A stretch of DNA of 60,923 nucleotides, counting the filler, from Jimgerdemannia flammicorona (Eukaryota): the NCBI GenBank assembly GCA_003990765.1. It is 2 parts of 2 records of this genome, joined end to end, with 100 filler letters (N's around TTAATTAATTAA, not from the genome) between each part and the next. Parts side by side here need not be neighbours in the genome. Positions count along the whole stretch, not along the records: positions 30,529 to 60,923 come from RBNJ01000445.1; 1 more part is not named here. One strand, given 5' to 3'. The notes under the pieces are model-generated. The model ran no database searches, was not told the DNA's origin, and saw nothing but the letters and a program-made list of their open reading frames with translations. Shown one piece after another: positions 37,481-51,527 of this stretch. The position numbers and the translations under genes were made by a program. The stretch's first letter is position 1. The number at the start of each line of letters is the position of its first letter.

Positions 37481-40400
37481 AAGTTTACTCTACTTTAACT
37501 AAAGTCAGTCAGTTAGATATACCTTTACAGTGAGCTTATTTATGTAAATAAAGCAGTTAACTAATATAACTTTATCAAAGAAGTCTGTTGATTTTGATCT
37601 GCTTACCAAATTAAGTCTATATTCAAGAACTCTATCATTTTGGTCTACTTGTTAGACAAAGTCTAAAGAATTATATATTTAAAGAAATCTGCCAAACTTA
37701 CTATATTCTATAAAATCCATATTTAATAATCTATACTATTTAGAGAAATCTGCTAAATTTACTATAATAAACCAAATTTACTTATTAAAAAAATTACTAA
37801 AATTATTTATATTATATAAATAAGAGAACTTATACATATCTTTAGAATTAAAAATCTTTAAATATATATTTTAATACTTTTTGGTAAAGTAACTTAGAGT
37901 TCAAGTCAATCTACATAGCTGCTCCAACCTTGTAATTTGTCTTTATTGAGTCAGTATATTATATTTGAAGGCTTAACTAAGAAGATTTTCAATCTATATA
38001 ACTTTTTAACTCATTAAAACCCAATAGCTAAACTGGATATATTTGATATGACACTAATCTCTACTATTATAGAAGAATGAATCATCAGCAGTATTTGGAT
38101 AAGAAGTGAAGTAATTATCTTAAGACTTGCTAACTCTCTATTATCAGAAAGATCTTAACCAGAGACTAGCACAATCAAATTCTCAACTAGTACTAGCTCA
38201 ATCACTAAGAGTATAGCTTGTAAATACTCCAGAAACACTAGTAGACTTATTATCAAGAGATCTAATCCAGCTAGAACAACTAGACAATATATATATATAG
38301 AAAACTCTATCTAAATCTATATAAGACCTTAAAGATCACATTGTCTAATTTTGATTTCTTTTGAAAGTTCCACCTATCTCACTTTTACCTGGACTAGCAA
38401 ATTCTCCAAGCCCTGTATCTTCAAGAATACCAAAACATATTCTAATACTCCAAAGATCAAGTATACATTCTTCAACTTTAAGTAGCTTAACTAGACTTAG
38501 TATACATATCTATAATAAGTGAAATAGATTCAGAAACTAAAGAAGAATTAGAAGACAGTGACAAAAAATAGTAGTACTACTACTCATATTTGCAGAATAT
38601 CCAGAAGAAGATCTAAGAGAATTCCTAGTTACTCTAATATAATCCTTGATATCAACTAGATAAAGAAAATAAATATAGTCATTGATATTGACTAATAGAT
38701 ACTCAAATTCAACTATAGAGAAAAGAAGTACTGAATTAAGATAATCAGCTATAAGCAATTTAAGAAAAAGAAGAAGATTACTATCCAAGAAGAATATACC
38801 AGTAGTAAAAAATCTATAACAAAAAAAGAGAAAGAATCTGAAGATAGAAATAACCCTAGACTTTACTCATAAATCAATCTAGTAGATAATAGGTTAGAAG
38901 ATAATATATAAGTATAAGATATACATATACTATTCTCATTATAATTAGAGCTATTGCAAGATAAACTAAAAAATGCCCCACTGCTTAAGAATTCTGAATA
39001 CTCTTCAAAGATCATTAAAATAAGAAACTCATCTGATATAGACTAAATGTAGAAAAAGAAAGAAGAAATACAATTACTTATATAATACATCTGACCCCAC
39101 AACTGAAGCTACAGAAGTATAAGCAATCAGGAGACAAGAAACAGTTAAAAAAGATATTTCTGAACTTTAAACTAATCTCTTAAGATGACTCTCACTGAAT
39201 ACTATCAGAAGATAATGATCTCTAGAATACTGAAGAAGAATTAAGTATAGTTACTATTATCTCAAGATAAGAAACAAATCAGAAGTAAGCTTTTTAGCTA
39301 AAAAGATATATACTAGTATTAAATAGTCTTTTAATTTTCTCAGAACTATTACTATTAGTCTCACTTACTAGATCAGTAAGAAAGACAAAGATACCCTGAA
39401 CTAGCATCTTTTATAATTATTATATAGATAATTATATTTTAAGAAATAATACAATATTGGCAAATTAATTATATGAGAAGAGCTACTTTATCTATATAGA
39501 AGTTTAGTCTTTAACTATTCTTCTCTCTATCTATAATAGAGATAGCTACTAATTTCTAAGATAGTAAGGAGTTAATAATTAAAAACAGTACTTCTAAGCA
39601 ATAGAATACTATGGTTATGAAAAACACCCAAGCTGTCAAATCTGTCAGCATGAGAAGATATACCTTAGCTAAGATATCATAATATATATACTTAAAAGAA
39701 GAGATAATATAACTAAAATTCAGAAAAAACAAGTCAAGAGACTAATAAAAAATATTCTTAAGATCTATAATCTAGAAGATGACATCCTAGCTCTCATTAG
39801 ATATATAACTTGCTAAGAATAGAGAGAGGATATCATCAACTTCATAAAAGCCCTAGACCCTACTAAAAAAAGAGAAATTAACTATCTCTGATATCTCTCT
39901 ACTAGAGTTAGATATATAATCACATCTCAATATTAGAGCATAGAGACTTACAACTATAGAAACCTCAGCTCAAGGACAATCTGCTCTCAGTAAGGATATT
40001 GTATAGTATATCTTACTATATTCTGAAGCCAGACCCCTAATGAAAGTCCACAGGAAAATATAGGCTATAATCTTTATAATCTCTAAGATAAAACTATCAG
40101 TCCTAGAAGTATAGTACTCTTTAATATAGAACTTACTATGCAGCCACTCCAAGAAACTTACATTTAACTGATCTCAAGATCTGGACTTACAAAACAAGAA
40201 TTCACTATAGAAAAAAGAATAATAGATTCTAGATATATAGACAAAATCAAGATTATTCTGAAAAATGTAGCTCTGAATAAATTCAAATCTATAGAGAAGA
40301 GAAAATTTCCCAAGTAGTCTTCATGAAGGTCAAGATATTCTAACTTCAGAAAGTTCTGAATTACATAATCTAAGACATAAGACAGATCAAAGGATTTAGA

Positions 40401-42272
40401 AGCTTAGACAAAAGAAGATACATCTCTTTTAAGTTAATTGCTTTAAGAGTAATATACTCTAACAAGTATACTACCAACTAGTCAAACTTCTTAAGAATCT
40501 CATCCTAGAACCAGGAGAGCAGACTATCTTTGAAATATTTATACTACCAGATTCCAGAAATCTCTTCTTTAAATCAAATGAAGATCTCAGAAACCTTAAT
40601 ATAGAAAGATATATATTTTCTAATAAGATGAACTCTATATATTCTTGAGCAACTAACAAAAGCTAAAATAGCTTCATTTTACTAAAAGGAATCATCATAG
40701 GCTATCTGGTGTCTTATCTTAATTAGATATATAGAGAAGTCTATAAACTAAATCTATTGAGAAATAGTAAAAAGTCTTAGAAGAAAGAAATGACCTCTCT
40801 GTGACTCAGGATAAAGTAAAGCCTTTTATTAATTTTAGAGAAGAACTGATATCTCAGCAATAGTAGTAACTAGTATAAATATCAGAATATCTTTACTAGA
40901 GACTATAGCAATATGCTATACAATTTACAGTATAAATATAGGAAATACAACACCCATCTGATAGAAACCTTATAGAATACCCCACTACCTAAAGATATTT
41001 AAGAAAGAACATATTTACAATAGAGTTATTTGACTCTCTACTAGCTTTTAGATTAGTCCTATACTTATTGTACTAAAGAAAAAAGAATGGAGACTTTATA
41101 TAGATTATAGAAAACTCAACTCAGTAATAAAAAAAAAAAAGCTTATTCTTTACTCCAAATTGATGATCTCTTATATTAACTACAAAATATCAGATACTTC
41201 AGTAGTATAGATCTCAAGAACATTCAAAAGACAGCCTTTCTTGCCCTAGAAAAACTGTTTAAATATCTCTAACTACTCTTTAGACTCTGCTATACTCTCT
41301 CAACCTTTCAGAGAATGATAAACTCAATCTATACTCTTCTGATCTACTATTGTCTAATTATCTATATAGATGATCCCAATATTTATTTAGTGAACTTCAA
41401 AGAATATTTACAATATTTATCAGCTTATCTAAAAGAACCACCTGAGACTTAATACTAAGAAGTACTACTTTGGAAAACAGAAACTCAAATTTCTTAGATT
41501 TATAGTCTCTAAAAAAGGAACTCATATAGATCTAAAGAAAACTAAGAAGATCAACAACTGGCCAGTACTCAAAACTCCAAAAGAAGTACTATTATTTCTG
41601 ATACTAGTATTTTACTATAGAAGATTTATTAAGAATTTTATTCAAATTATCACACTAATCTGAACCTTTTTTAAGAAAGAACTACTATATATAAATAAAA
41701 AGAACTATAAGAACTAACCTTTAAAGAACTCAAGTACTACATAACTACTTATATAACCCAACTTGCAGAAGCTATTTATCTTATATATTATCACATAGTG
41801 GTTGCTGAGTCCTTCAAATATACCAGATTCTCTTCAAGATGTATGTATCTCATAGACTAACTTAAGTTTGTTATAAGCAAGTTCTTATTGGAGTGCCTTC
41901 CCAAGATCTTATAGTCCTCAAACTTCTTATCTTTAAACTGTCTTGTTATCTCTTAGATTGCTTGCAAGGAAGTGTGTATATTGTACTGAGAGGAACTGAC
42001 TTTATTTCAGAGGAAATAAGAGGGGTATTTATACAAAATATAATTCAATGGTTGCTAAGATATAAAGCTAAATATAAATTCCAATAACTAAAACTACTAA
42101 GTTCCAGAGCTGGTACTGATGGTTGTACAGGTTCAGGATGCTGGCATTATTTAGTATTATATCAAAATGCCGGTGCTGGAACAATTTTGCATCACCTCAG
42201 AATACCAGTGCTGGCATTATCCAGTGTTACATAAGAATACCAGTGCTGGTATTATTCAGTATAATAAAGAAC

Positions 42273-43618
42273 TTAGAGCAGAAAGTTCAGGACCATGGGA
42301 GCTTCATCCTCGTTATCATCATCACTGAAGGAGATGAGATCCATGGACTCATCATATAGGTTGTACATTTCACATATGTCGTGTGGGATGACATCATCAT
42401 GTTCAGCAGGGAAATCGGGAACAAGATCTGGAGCTCTCCAGTCTATGAGGTTCTCTTTCACAAAATAGGGAATGAATGTGGGATCTTGGGGAGGTCTAAC
42501 CTAGATGCTTGGGCCTTGGAATACTGAGATCAATCCTTGCAGGAACTGGTCTGGGTTGTCCTGAAGGATAGGGTGCCAGAAGTCTTCTACTTCTTTGCTG
42601 TTGAGGGTGATAGTAGACTGGGCTTCTGTAGCCACCCTGGCTTCTAGTACATTAATACAGTGAGATGACAGGTCTCTGAAGTCTGAGACTCTGACATACT
42701 CCAAGTTGGGGATCGACCATAGTATATGCCTGAAGATCTGATGGATCTTCTTAGCTGTCCTCATTTCACGTATGTCCATGGGAGTGGCATCTTGTAGCTC
42801 TTGGATGCTGGCCTGTGGGAACTCCTGGCAGAGGAGGTTTTCTATTTCATACTCCTGCCACATTTGGAGGCATTCGGTAGCAATGGTGATCCTTGTTTCC
42901 ATTTCACGGCAGTAGAGAATGAAGTGATAAAGGTCTGCAGTACCCAGGTTGACACTAGGAGTCCTTCTTGAGTGGGTCCTCATAGCTCTTCTGATGTCTT
43001 GGAACATCCTTTCCTCGACTAAGATACCTTGGTGATTCCTTGACCTTGAGGTTTGGTGTGCAGCAGGTATTTTGTTTATGGTAAGTCTTTGAGCTATTTT
43101 GGGATTGGTGGTTCTTATTTGTTGCTACTACTGCAGTTCCTTGATTCTTCTTTTATATTCTTCAAGATGCTTGTACTATGGTCACAATGACTCACAGTTG
43201 GTCATCATTACTCATCTCATATATGTACCATATGATCTTCTTGTGCTCCGATCTGGTGGCTTGCAAGGAAAGGCTGTCTCCTGTGCTGATATCATCATTC
43301 TGGAGTCACCATTACATCTTCCTCCTGAATAAGGATCTTCCTGAGCATCCTTATTCATTGGTCCAGTCCTGAAAAATTTGCTGATTCCATAACCTCTGGC
43401 AAGGGATCGAAAACTGGTATTTATGGGCTAGCATCTTCCCTTTGTATTTTGGCATAATGGTGAAGGGTCACTCCCTTCATATAGAGCAAGGGCCTGATTC
43501 TGATCTTGATCAATCAGTTGACAGTTCGAACTCTTCTGACTTTGAAAGTCTCATAGATGAGTAGTTGTCAGTGCTGTATCCCTTAGAGAATGGTCCAGAC
43601 AGATAGCCTGCTGGTCAC
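42273..43618 (-). pseudogene. A3 accessory ORF3, mostly within the 3' LTR; its LTR part is duplicated at 49488-50312
   Basis: ORFs 42501..43007 and 42273..42461 are one frame separated by a single TAG; homologous to 23598-24960. Confidence 0.75.
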
Positions 43619-43629
43619 AGAACATGCTG

Positions 43630-46600
43630 TTACAATTCATGGACTAGAACCTTGCAGGCAGTCATCATGTTTTGCTTCTCTTGTATAGGTTTGTGATACT
43701 TCTTGAGTCTGTTCCTATATACCATGGTAGGCAGTATGGTCCCTGAGATTTTTCTAAGCCAGAAGGTAGTTCCCTTGATATCTTGCATGTAGAAGGGTCT
43801 TTCCCATTTGGGCTCCAGTTTTCATGACCATGAGGCTTCTACCATATTTCGATACAGTAGAACCTTTTCTCCAATTCGGATGGGTTCTAGGGCCTTGTGA
43901 TTCTTTTCTGCATTCTTCCTTATTAGCGCTTGTGACTTGATGATGTAATCTTCAGCCTTCTTCCTGATTTGGTGTAGTTTCTGGATTTCTGCATCAATCC
44001 ATCTCCAAGTTAGGTCTAGATTTGTGGCTGAGGTTCCATCAGAATCTTCTTCTCCAAAGAGCAGCTCTCTTGGGGTAAAATGTGTACTTTGTGACTGTAT
44101 GTCTTATAGGACAGAGAGAGCAGTTGGGAGATAGTTATCCCAATTCTCATATGTCTCTGAGATCTTCACTAGAATGTTCTTAAGGGTCTTGTTAGTTCTC
44201 TCTGTCTGTCCATTTCCTTGAGGGTGGTACATGGTGGTCTTGATGTGCTGGATCTTGTATTTCTGATACATTATCTCATAGAATCCATTGACAAATTCTG
44301 TGCCATAGTCTGTTGTAATTTGCTTTGATGTCTTATAGTGGCAGATGATTTCTTGATGTAGGAAGTTAGCTATAGAGAGGGCATTGACTTCTTGTAATGC
44401 TCCTGCCTCTATCCATTTGGTGAAGAGGTCTACAATAACTATAATATAGTGGTTTCCTGATAGTGTCACTGGTAGTGGTCCAATGATATCCATTGCAATG
44501 TGGTAGAAGGGAATAGGCTCAATTCTTGATGACCCAGGTACCTGGTCTTGCTGATCTTGTTTCTGTTTTTGGCACTTGTCACACTCTTTGACAGTCTTCT
44601 TCCATCTTGAGCCACCACATGGTACTTCTTGCCTTATTGTATATGTTGGTTCCTCCTAAGTACCCTTGCTCATGTACTTCCTTCATTACTTGATACTTCT
44701 TGTGTTCAGATATTACTAGCTTTCCTCCTTTTCTAAGTGTAGTGTTGTCTAATTCAAACTGTTTCCAAGTCTGGTTGATGATGGTGATTGTCCAGGGTTC
44801 AAGGTGGTTGGACATCTTCTGCTGCCTAAGGTAGCTGACTAATCCATAGTATAGCTCCTTATTCATGTTGAATAATCTTGATGAGGGTGTTTCAGGGTGT
44901 CCTTGAGAGTGCATCGGCATTGGTGTTGGTCTTTCCTGAGTGGTGCTTGACAGTACAGTCATACTCTTGCAGCTTGTAGATCTATCTGGCATATATTTCT
45001 TTGAGGTTCAGAGTGTGGAATAGCCAGGCAAGAGCAGAATGGTCTGTTTGAATAGTGAAGTATTTCCCAGCTAGGTAGTAGTGGAACTTGTCTACTGCTC
45101 AAACTACTGCTAAGCATTCAAGCTTGCATGACTCATAGTTCTATTCTGCTCCACAGGTACCTTGGCTTGCATAGGAGATGACATATTCATGTCTATCTTT
45201 CTTCTGAGCTAGGACTGCTCCAAGTCCTATAGCACTTGCATCTGTCTGCAGGATGAATTCTAGATTCCAGTCTGGTCTTCTGAGAATGGGTGCTTGGGTC
45301 AATCTGGTCTTGAGTTCATTGAAGGTTTCTTGGCACTCCTTGGTCCATTTGAATTTGGTCTCCTTCTTCAGTAGCTTGTAGATAGGTACTGCAATGTTGG
45401 AGTATCTTTTGATGAATCTTCTGTAGTAGCTGGCCAGTCCAAGGAAGGCATGGACTTCTGTAGTTATTCTGGGTCTTGGGTAGGCTGCAACAGCCTCAAT
45501 CTTCATGGAGTCTGTGTGGATTCTGGTCTGGTTGATGAGGTGTCCTAGGTAGGCAATTTCTTGAGCTGAAAACTTATATTTCTTGGGCTTGATGTAGAGG
45601 CCATGCTCCTTGAGCCTCTTGAGGGCTAGCTGTATGTGATTGATATGTTCCCATATAGTGTTGCTGAAGATGATCACATCATCAATATATATAGACAAAG
45701 AGCCATTTTCCAATCTCATTGCTGAAGACTCTGTTCATCATTTGCTGGAAACTTGCTGAGGCATTGCATATTCCAAATAGTATTTGCAGATAGATATAGG
45801 TGGCATCAGGTGTGATAAAGGCTGATTTCTCACTGGCATCTTGAGTGAGACCAATCTGATGGAAGCCTGAGAACAGATCCAAGGTGGTGTAGTATTTGGC
45901 TTCACTTCCAAGGGTGGTAAGGATTTCTTAAATATTCAGCAAGGGCTGCCTATTCTTCTTAGTAATGGTATTGAGTTTCCTGTAGTCAATGCAGAGTCTT
46001 AGTGCAAACTCTCCAGGCTTGCTTCCTTTCTTCAGAGCTAGGACAATGAGTGAGGCCCAGGGGCTGATAGCTTGCTTGATGATTCTAGCTTCTTTTATTT
46101 CCTTGAGTTCGGCTCACAGCCACTCTCTGTAGGCAGGTGGTATGGGTCTGGCTTTCTGGTAGATAGGCTTGGTATCACTAGTATCAACTTCATGATAGTA
46201 CTTAGGTTCTTGATTGTGGATATCCCTGAAGTCTGTAGCAAGTACTCCTTCATTCTGGTGCAGGATCTTGAGAAGTTGTTCCTCCAGGGGAAAGTTTTCT
46301 CCAATGGTATATATGTGCTTGTTCTGGTCCTTGTCTTTCTTGTACTCAAGTTCAGTAATCTTGATGGCAGCATAGGCTCCTCTTCCAGTAGATCCAAAGC
46401 CTTGTTCTCCTCTCTTGATCTTGATGAGTTCAATGGCTTCTATGATCTTGGGCTTCTTGATTTCATGGATCAGCATCTGGCCAATCCTGTCATGCTTCTT
46501 GACTTCAAAGAGGGTGGTGTGGTTGTGATTTCTGACTATGAGGAAGATCTCACCAGTGTAATCAGAGTCAATTACTCTTCCTTCAACTAAGATTTCACTT

Positions 46601-48887
46601 TTGGCCAGACTGCTCCTGGTCTTGATAATTCCAGCATGGTTTTCTGGTAGCTTGACTCCAATTCCAGTGCCAAGTAGGGTGGTGGTTTGTGGTTCAAGGG
46701 TAGTATCTTGAATGCTGGTAAGGTCCATTCCTATGGCTCCTTCAGTCTTATATTCTGGGATCTTGGCTTCAGGGTGAAACTTCTTGACCTTGAGGGTGAT
46801 GTCTGATTCTTGTTCCTTCTCATTGTTACTGTCAGCTTGAAGCTCTGGGGGCTGGTCATCTTCTTCAGCTTTCCTTTTTGCTTCAGCAGTTTCTTGCTCA
46901 TGTTTCTATTGGTGGATTTTCCTGACTTCACTGATACAGGACCAGCAGTCATTCAGGTGTTCGGAGCAGTACATCCTAGTACTATGGGGGCATCTTCCTT
47001 GAGGGGCATACCTATCAATAATCTTGTTGTACCACTGCTCATCTGTGAGCTTGGGTGTCTTGCTCTTGTTCTTGTTCACCAAGTGCATAAAGACCTCTGT
47101 ATCCTCTTCATCTCCTTTCTCCATATCTGGTAGGACTCCTTTGTGGACATTAATAGAGACTTGTACCTTTCTTCCTCTGTAGTTGATCTACATCTTCTAG
47201 GCATTGAGGTCAATGATGGCCTTGGCCTTGTGAAGCCATTGGTTGCCAATGAGGATATCATAGTTGGTGGCACTTGTAACAATCATGTCTATTGGGATGG
47301 TAGCTCCTCCTATCTTGATGGAGACTTCACGGATTTTGCCAAGAGGGGTAGCTCATGTACCATCTGCTATGACATAGACCATCTTGGTGGACTCTTCAAT
47401 ATCCCAACCTAGGCAGTCAATTGCCTTCTTACTCATGAGGCATCCTCCAGCACCAGTATCAATGATGGCATTAAAGATACAGTCTTTGATCTGGTAGAGG
47501 GTATAGGCTGATGTCTTGCGCTGATCTTCAGATTCTTCACCTGAGTTCTCAGATTCTTCCTGTGCATTGTGAGCTTCTACAATCTTATACTCTTGATTTT
47601 TGGCAGTAGTTGCAAGTCCTACTCTCAACTGCTATCTGAAGGCAGGGACTTCAGCTAGCTGTCCAAAAGTGCATTGACCTTCTGTTCCTTGAGGTCCTTC
47701 TAGATATCATACTGGTGAATCTTGGTCTTGCACAGCTTCTGTTTCTTCTTGCTTTTGCTTTCTCCTGAGACTGGAGTAGTGCTTTCTATGATTTGGTGGG
47801 CAGCTTCATCTAACTCCATGTCTTGATCAATCTCCTCAGGTTGGGTCTTGCTTTGGATAGTGACAGCTGGGGTCTTCTTTGGTCTTCCAACTGGCTTACT
47901 GTTGCTCTTCTTGTCATAGGGCTTGGACTGGGTTCTGGTACCTTTAGTGGTAGAGTAGAATTCAAGCTTCTTGTAGTATTCTTCATTATCAGTGTCACCG
48001 ATCTCCTCAATGACTACTGCATTGGTTTGTTCTCTGGTTTTGCTAGTATTGCTTGGTTGGGCTTTGCATCTTGTTTCAGTCATGCAACTCTTTACATAGT
48101 GGCCTTCTTCTCTACATCTGAAGCATGTGATATTGTGTTCTTCTGTAGTAGCTGCAAATCTCTGCACTGGTCTCCTGTTGGCACTTCGGACTTCTCTAAC
48201 AACATCACCAAGGTATACAGTCATCTTGGCAAACTGCTTGGCAAGTTCCTCCACTGGGTCAGCTTTGGCTATCTTGGGGGTAGGTGGGGTTGGTTGTCTG
48301 TTTATGACTGTGGCAGGTAAGATACTAGTTAGCTTTGATGGCTCCATCTTGATGCCAGTTATTTTCTCTATTGAGTGTTTGGCAGGGTGTCTGGCAGTCC
48401 AATATCTCTGTGCAAAGACCACTTTCTGATCAAGGGTCAGTGCAGCTGGGGTAGACCAGATTGCTAGAGCAATTTTAGGGTGAACTCCTTTGAGGAAGAT
48501 TGAATCCGCTATTTGTTCCTTGAGGTGGTCATCATAGCCAGCCAAGACAATCTGGTGGCAAATTTGAGTATAGAATAAGTTGGGATCTTCACTAAGTCCC
48601 TGGCAGATAGTATTGAGTTGATCCTTGAGAGCTTGCTTGATCTCTTCGGTATAATATGTTATTCTGAGGAAGACCTTCATGTTGGCAAGTTTGGCTGCAC
48701 CAGCATCAGCAATGGTAGCTGCATTGAACTTGTCTCTGGCAGGTCCTCTGAGGCTGACTGGTAGAAGGGCCAATTGAGCATCCACACCAAGGGCTCATAT
48801 GGCAGTGAATTGTTCAAAGTCTTCAATGAAGGTCAGGATTGACTCTTCAGTAGTATATCTATAGAATATGGGGGAATGCATTTCCAT
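43630..48887 (-). pseudogene. A3 gag-pol: CCHC (CFRCREEGHYVKSC), protease (AIIDTGA), Zn module, dUTPase, RT (YIDD), RNase H, integrase
   Basis: Clear domain motifs in ORFs 47700..48785, 47353..47628, 46114..46728, 45141..45719 and 44104..44493. Confidence 0.97.
46380..46800 (-). CDS. dut: Trimeric dUTPase domain within the A3 polyprotein
   Basis: Motifs I-V: AIGMDL, KTRSSLA, GRVIDSDYTGEI, RIGQML, RGEQGFGSTG. Confidence 0.93.
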
Positions 48888-51527
48888 CTTGTTTTGAATT
48901 CTTGCAGGGGTGACTCTTGTAGTCAGGGTAGTTGTTGTGGGGGTTGTTCATTTTTCAGCTTGAAAGTGAGAGATTCATCTTGAATCACCAGCCAATGGGC
49001 ACCAAGTTGTCACGTAGTGGTTACTGAGTCCTCTAAATATACCAGATTCTTTTCAAGATATATCTCTTAGACTAACTCAAGTTTATTATAAGCAAGTTCT
49101 TATTGGAGTGTCTTCCCAAGGTCTTATAATTCTCAAACTTCTTATCTTTAAACTATCTTGTTATCTCTTAGATTGCTTGCAAGGAAGTGTGTATATTGCA
49201 CTGAGAGGAACTGACTTTATTTCAAAGGAAATAAGAGAGGTATTTATACAAAATATAATTCAATGGTTGCTAAGATATAAAGCTAAATATAAATTCCAAT
49301 AACTAAAACTACTAAGTTCCAGGACTGGCACTGATGGTTGTACAGGTTCAGGATACTGGCATTATTTAGTGTCACATCAAAATGCAGGTGCTGAAACAAT
49401 TTCGCATCACCTCAGAATATCAGTACTGGCATTATCCAGTATTACATGAGAATACTGGTGCTGGTATTATTCAGTATAACAAAGAACTTAGAGCAGAAAG
49501 TTCAGAACTATAGGAGCTTCATCCTCATCATCATCATCACTGAAGGAGATGAGATCCGCAAACTCATTGTATAGGTCATGCATTTTGTGTATGTTGTACG
49601 GAATGACATCATCACCAATAATATCATCATGTTTGGTGGGGAAATCAGGAACAAGATCTGGAGCTCTCCAGTCTATGAGGTTCTCTTCCACAAAATAGAA
49701 AATGAATGTGGGGTCTTGGGGAGGTTTAACCTAGATGCTTGGGCCTTGGAATACTGAGATCAATCCTTGCAGGAACTGGTCTGGGTTGTCCTGAAGGATA
49801 GGATGCCAGAAGTCTTCTTCTTCTTCACTGTTGAGGGTGATAGTGGACTGGACTTCTGTAGCCACCCTGGCTTCTAGTGCATTGATACAGTGAGATGACA
49901 GATCTCTGAAGTCTGAGACTCTGACATACTCCAAGTTGGAGATCAACCATAGTGCATGCCTGAAGATCTGATGGATCTTCTTAGCTGTCCTCATTTCGCA
50001 TATATCCATGGGAGTGGCATCTTGTAGCTCTTAAGTGCTGGCCTGTGGGAACTCTCGGTAGAGGAGATTTCCTATTTTGTACTCCTGCTACATTTGGAGG
50101 CATTTGGTAGCAATGGTGATTCTTGTTTCCATTTCATAACAATAGAGAATGAAGTGATAAAGGTCTGCAGTACCCAGGTTGACACTAGGAGTCCTTTTTG
50201 AGTGAGTCCCCATAGCTCTTCTGATGTCTTGGAACATCCTTTCCTTGACCGAGATACATACCTTGGTGATTTCTTAACCTTGAGGTTTAGCATATAGCAG
50301 GCATTTTATTTATGGTAAGTCTTTGAGCTATTTTGAGATTGGTGGTTCTTGTTGGTTGCTGCTACTGTGGTTCCTTGATCCTTCTTTTATATTCTTCAGG
50401 ATGCTTGTACTGTGGTCACAATGACTCACAGTTGGTCATCATTGCTTATCTCATATGCTATATGATCTTCTTATACTCCGATCTGGTGGCTTACAAGGAA
50501 AGACTGTCTCCTGTATTGATGTCATCATTCTGGGGTCACTGTTATAATATAGATATCTCTAAAGATGGCCTTAGAGTATTTCTAGTCTAAAAAGAATCTG
50601 ATCAATAGTACTATATGATAACTTATATAAGCTGAGTTATCAATAAATAGTAAATCAACTATGATAGTACTAAATTGAAATGTCTTGTAGTCTATAGGCT
50701 ATCATTCTGTTTAAGTACTATTTTATCAAAAAAAGATTTACTTTGAAAACTAATTATACTGCTCTTAAATAGATATTTAACTATAAGGAACCTACTGGAA
50801 TTCTTATCTACTAGATCTCAATATTATAAGATTATAAAATTGCCATTATTCATAAAGCAGAGAAAGCTCACAACAATGTTAATATAAGTACTTTTCTGAT
50901 AAATCTAATAAATTAGAATAAGGATATACCTCAGAACTATATCTTAAAAGAGTTTTTATAACTACTAAAATACATAAAGACCTCATCTGATAAAAATATC
51001 AGAAAGTCTACCAAGGACAGATAAATATAGAAAATAAGCTATAAATAATATACTAATACTAGCTCTATCTTAGAATATAAGTCAGAGATATATGTACTTA
51101 AAAAATATAATATCTGTCAGAAGTATCAAGAAAAGAACTATCAGATACTATTATAATTAATTATACCACTAGTCTATATTTTTCAAGGATAGAGAGTAAA
51201 TATTATTAGATCTCTACCAGTTATACTAAGGAGAAAAAAATATATCTTAGTATTTATAGAATATCTGACCAAATGGCCCAAAGCTTTTTCAATAAATTAC
51301 TAATATCTTGATTATTGTGAGCCTCCTCCAAAACTTCATACTCAGATATAAACTCTCAGAAGAACTTATCTCAGACTGTGGTATAGAATTTATTAATAAG
51401 TTAATTATAACTTATATAGATTTACAGGATCTACTTAAAATAAACTATATCATATTATCCTCAAATTAATAATATAATAGAATGAATCAGACCATCAAGA
51501 AAGAACTTGCCTGAGTTAATCCTACTA

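Larger units (their letters stand above)
41789..50546 (-). mobile_element. Gypsy family A copy A3, full length and best preserved, inserted in the RNase H motif of element C
   Basis: LTRs 41789-43316 and 49008-50546; PPT (AGGAGGAAGA) at 43317-43326; PBS TGGTGCCCATTGGCTGG at ~48988-49004; TSD ATAT (41785-41788, 50547-50550). Confidence 0.97.

Noticed and set aside
42273..43618. ORF3 as a retroviral env gene
   Set aside because: No evident signal peptide, furin-site/fusion-peptide arrangement or C-terminal transmembrane helix
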